Assembly: GCA_018003035.1 (NCBI GenBank) | Contig: JAGNEX010000008.1 | Span: 10,167 to 74,166, forward strand | Direction: 5' to 3' | Source: Acidimicrobiia bacterium | GTDB taxonomy: Bacteria; Actinomycetota; Acidimicrobiia; IMCC26256; JAGNEX01 | DNA length: 64,000 nt | Shown here: in pieces, positions 62,492 to 64,000 of the stretch | How positions within the stretch are numbered: the first letter of the stretch is position 1 | Layout: the number at the start of each line of letters is the position of its first letter | The notes under the pieces: generated by a model | Database searches by the model: none | Seen by the model: the letters and a program-made list of their open reading frames with translations, nothing else | What the model was told of the DNA's origin: nothing | Program-made: the position numbers and the translations under genes

Positions 62492-64000
62492 ATGTCTCAA
62501 GAGTCGAGCACCGCGCCTGCCCCTCCGGTCCACACCATTCACGAACGCCTCGAACGTCTCGAGGAGCTGCGATCTGAAGCTCTTCAGCCGGGCTCGCAAC
62601 GGTCGGTGGATCGGCAACACGAGCGGGGCAAGCTGACCGCCCGCGAACGGCTTGACCTGCTACTCGATCCGGGCTCGTTCATGGAGTTCGATCAATTCGC
62701 CCGTCACCGCGCTCACGGCTTCGGCATCGAGAAGGACCGTCCCCTCACCGACGGCGTCGTCACAGGTGTTGGGACTATCGAAGGTCGCAAGGTGTTCGTC
62801 TTCAGCCAAGACTTCACCGTGTTTGGGGGCGCGCTCGGTGAGGTCTTCGCCGAGAAGATCCACAAGGTGATGGACCTCGCCGAATCGGTTGGAGCTCCCG
62901 TCATCGGGCTCAACGATGGAGCGGGCGCCCGAATCCAAGAAGGCGTTGTCTCGCTCAACTGCTACGGCGGCATCTTCGCAAGGAACGCGCGCGCGTCGGG
63001 CGTGATTCCGCAGATTTCGGTGATCCTCGGGCCCTGTGCCGGTGGAGCGGTGTACTCGCCCGCCCTGACCGACTTCATCTTCATGGTCAAGGGCACCTCG
63101 CACATGTTCATCACGGGCCCTGACGTGGTCAAGACCGTGACCGGCGAGGAAGTCACCCAAGAACAACTTGGCGGCGCGATGTCGCACGCATCCAAGTCTG
63201 GTGTCGCTACTCACACCGCCGAAAACGAACAGGACTGCCTTGAGCAGGTCCGCTATCTCATGTCGTTTCTGCCGTCGAACAACCTTGAAGACGCGCCGTA
63301 CTTCGAGCCAGAAGACGATCCTGACCGCTCCTGTGACGCCCTGCTTGAGATCGTTCCCGACTCGCCAAACCAGCCGTATGACATGAAGGCTGTGATTGCC
63401 GAGATCGTCGACGACGGCGAGTTCTATGAGTCCCAAGCGTTGTGGGGCACCAATATCGTCTGCGGGTTCGCACGGCTCGACGGACACGTCATCGGAATCG
63501 TTGGCAACCAGCCGATGTCCATGGCTGGAACGCTCGACATCGACGCTTCGGAGAAGGCAGCGAAGTTCGTGCGTACCTGCGATGCCTTCAACATCCCGCT
63601 CCTCGCCATGGTCGATGTGCCGGGTTTCTTGCCTGGAACCGACCAGGAGTACGGCGGCATCATCAAACACGGCGCCAAGTTGCTGTACGCCTTCTGCGAA
63701 GCGACCGTTCCCCGGGTTCAGATGATCACGCGCAAGGGTTATGGCGGCGCGTATGTGGTGATGAACTCCAAGTCCATCGGTGCCGACTTGGCCTTTTCGT
63801 GGCCGCAAGCCGAGATCGCAGTCATGGGGGCTCAAGGCGCGGTGAGCATCGTCTACCGCCGAGAGCTGTCGGAGACCCCGCCTGAATCTCAGGACGAGCG
63901 TCGCACCGAGCTGATCGAGGAGTACACCGAGCGCTACTGCACTCCGTACATGGCTGCAGAGCGTGGGTACATCGACGACGTCATCGATCCCCGCGATTCT
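62492..64000 (+). CDS. pccB: Acyl-CoA (propionyl-CoA) carboxylase beta subunit / carboxyltransferase (3' end outside window)
   Basis: It is absent from the ORF track because no stop falls inside the window. My translation from the ATG at 62492 gives [19 protein letters not shown].., [14 protein letters not shown] and [16 protein letters not shown]. The 391-aa minus-strand ORF over it is antisense noise. Confidence 0.92.
   Translation, partial: MSQESSTAPAPPVHTIHERLERLEELRSEALQPGSQRSVDRQHERGKLTARERLDLLLDPGSFMEFDQFARHRAHGFGIEKDRPLTDGVVTGVGTIEGRKVFVFSQDFTVFGGALGEVFAEKIHKVMDLAESVGAPVIGLNDGAGARIQEGVVSLNCYGGIFARNARASGVIPQISVILGPCAGGAVYSPALTDFIFMVKGTSHMFITGPDVVKTVTGEEVTQEQLGGAMSHASKSGVATHTAENEQDCLEQVRYLMSFLPSNNLEDAPYFEPEDDPDRSCDALLEIVPDSPNQPYDMKAVIAEIVDDGEFYESQALWGTNIVCGFARLDGHVIGIVGNQPMSMAGTLDIDASEKAAKFVRTCDAFNIPLLAMVDVPGFLPGTDQEYGGIIKHGAKLLYAFCEATVPRVQMITRKGYGGAYVVMNSKSIGADLAFSWPQAEIAVMGAQGAVSIVYRRELSETPPESQDERRTELIEEYTERYCTPYMAAERGYIDDVIDPRDS

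Noticed and set aside
1-64000. Mobile elements, prophage remnants, CRISPR arrays, tRNA/rRNA genes, toxin-antitoxin pairs and classical defence islands
   Set aside because: I saw no integrase, transposase or recombinase motifs, no spaced direct-repeat array, no tRNA-like cloverleaf in the intergenic gaps and no compositional island. The window reads as core chromosome, and the only defence-like gene is the orphan methyltransferase.

Overview
High-GC, gene-dense chromosomal window of about 65 protein-coding genes. I found no rRNA, tRNA, CRISPR array, transposase or integrase. The gene content points to an actinobacterium: the mycothiol gene mshA, proC followed by a small excisionase-type HTH gene, and the RDD/SpoIIM-like/DUF58/MoxR/DUF4350/DUF4129 neighbourhood. 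A finer lineage cannot be fixed from this window alone.

Gene blocks from left to right:
- dnaX (3' part), ybaB and recR.
- An operon of a TM/coiled-coil/HhH protein and a BON-repeat/OmpA-like protein.
- A seven-gene Mrp/Mnh cation:proton antiporter operon.
- The MoxR-centred six-gene module.
- An MBOAT acyltransferase with a partner gene.
- Thiolase, a GntR regulator, a rhodanese lipoprotein and an SLC41-like Mg transporter.
- An M23 peptidase, an RsiG-like protein and an XRE regulator.
- mshA, a YbjN-like gene, corA, proC and an excisionase-like HTH gene.
- A DUF62 SAM hydrolase with a coupled 29-codon ORF, a CAP-domain secreted protein and a MenJ-like geranylgeranyl reductase.
- An eight-gene b6f-type Rieske/cytochrome b operon with an embedded 2x[4Fe-4S] ferredoxin.
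- hemL, hemB, cobA/hemD, hemC and hemA, then rsgA, sirC, rex and a cupredoxin.
- An orphan beta-class DNA methyltransferase with an unassigned C-terminal domain.
- Acyl-CoA dehydrogenase, ccr, epimerase, a cupin protein, a hydrolase, arsC, MOSC, GtrA and pccB (3' end outside the window).

Best candidates for something under-described:
1. The non-canonical Rieske/cyt b operon, which carries heme-ci-type signatures and a ferredoxin.
2. The uncharacterised MoxR six-gene envelope module.
3. The two-motif RsiG-like protein.
4. The methyltransferase fusion.

All functional calls rest on motif recognition by eye and on synteny. No database search was run.
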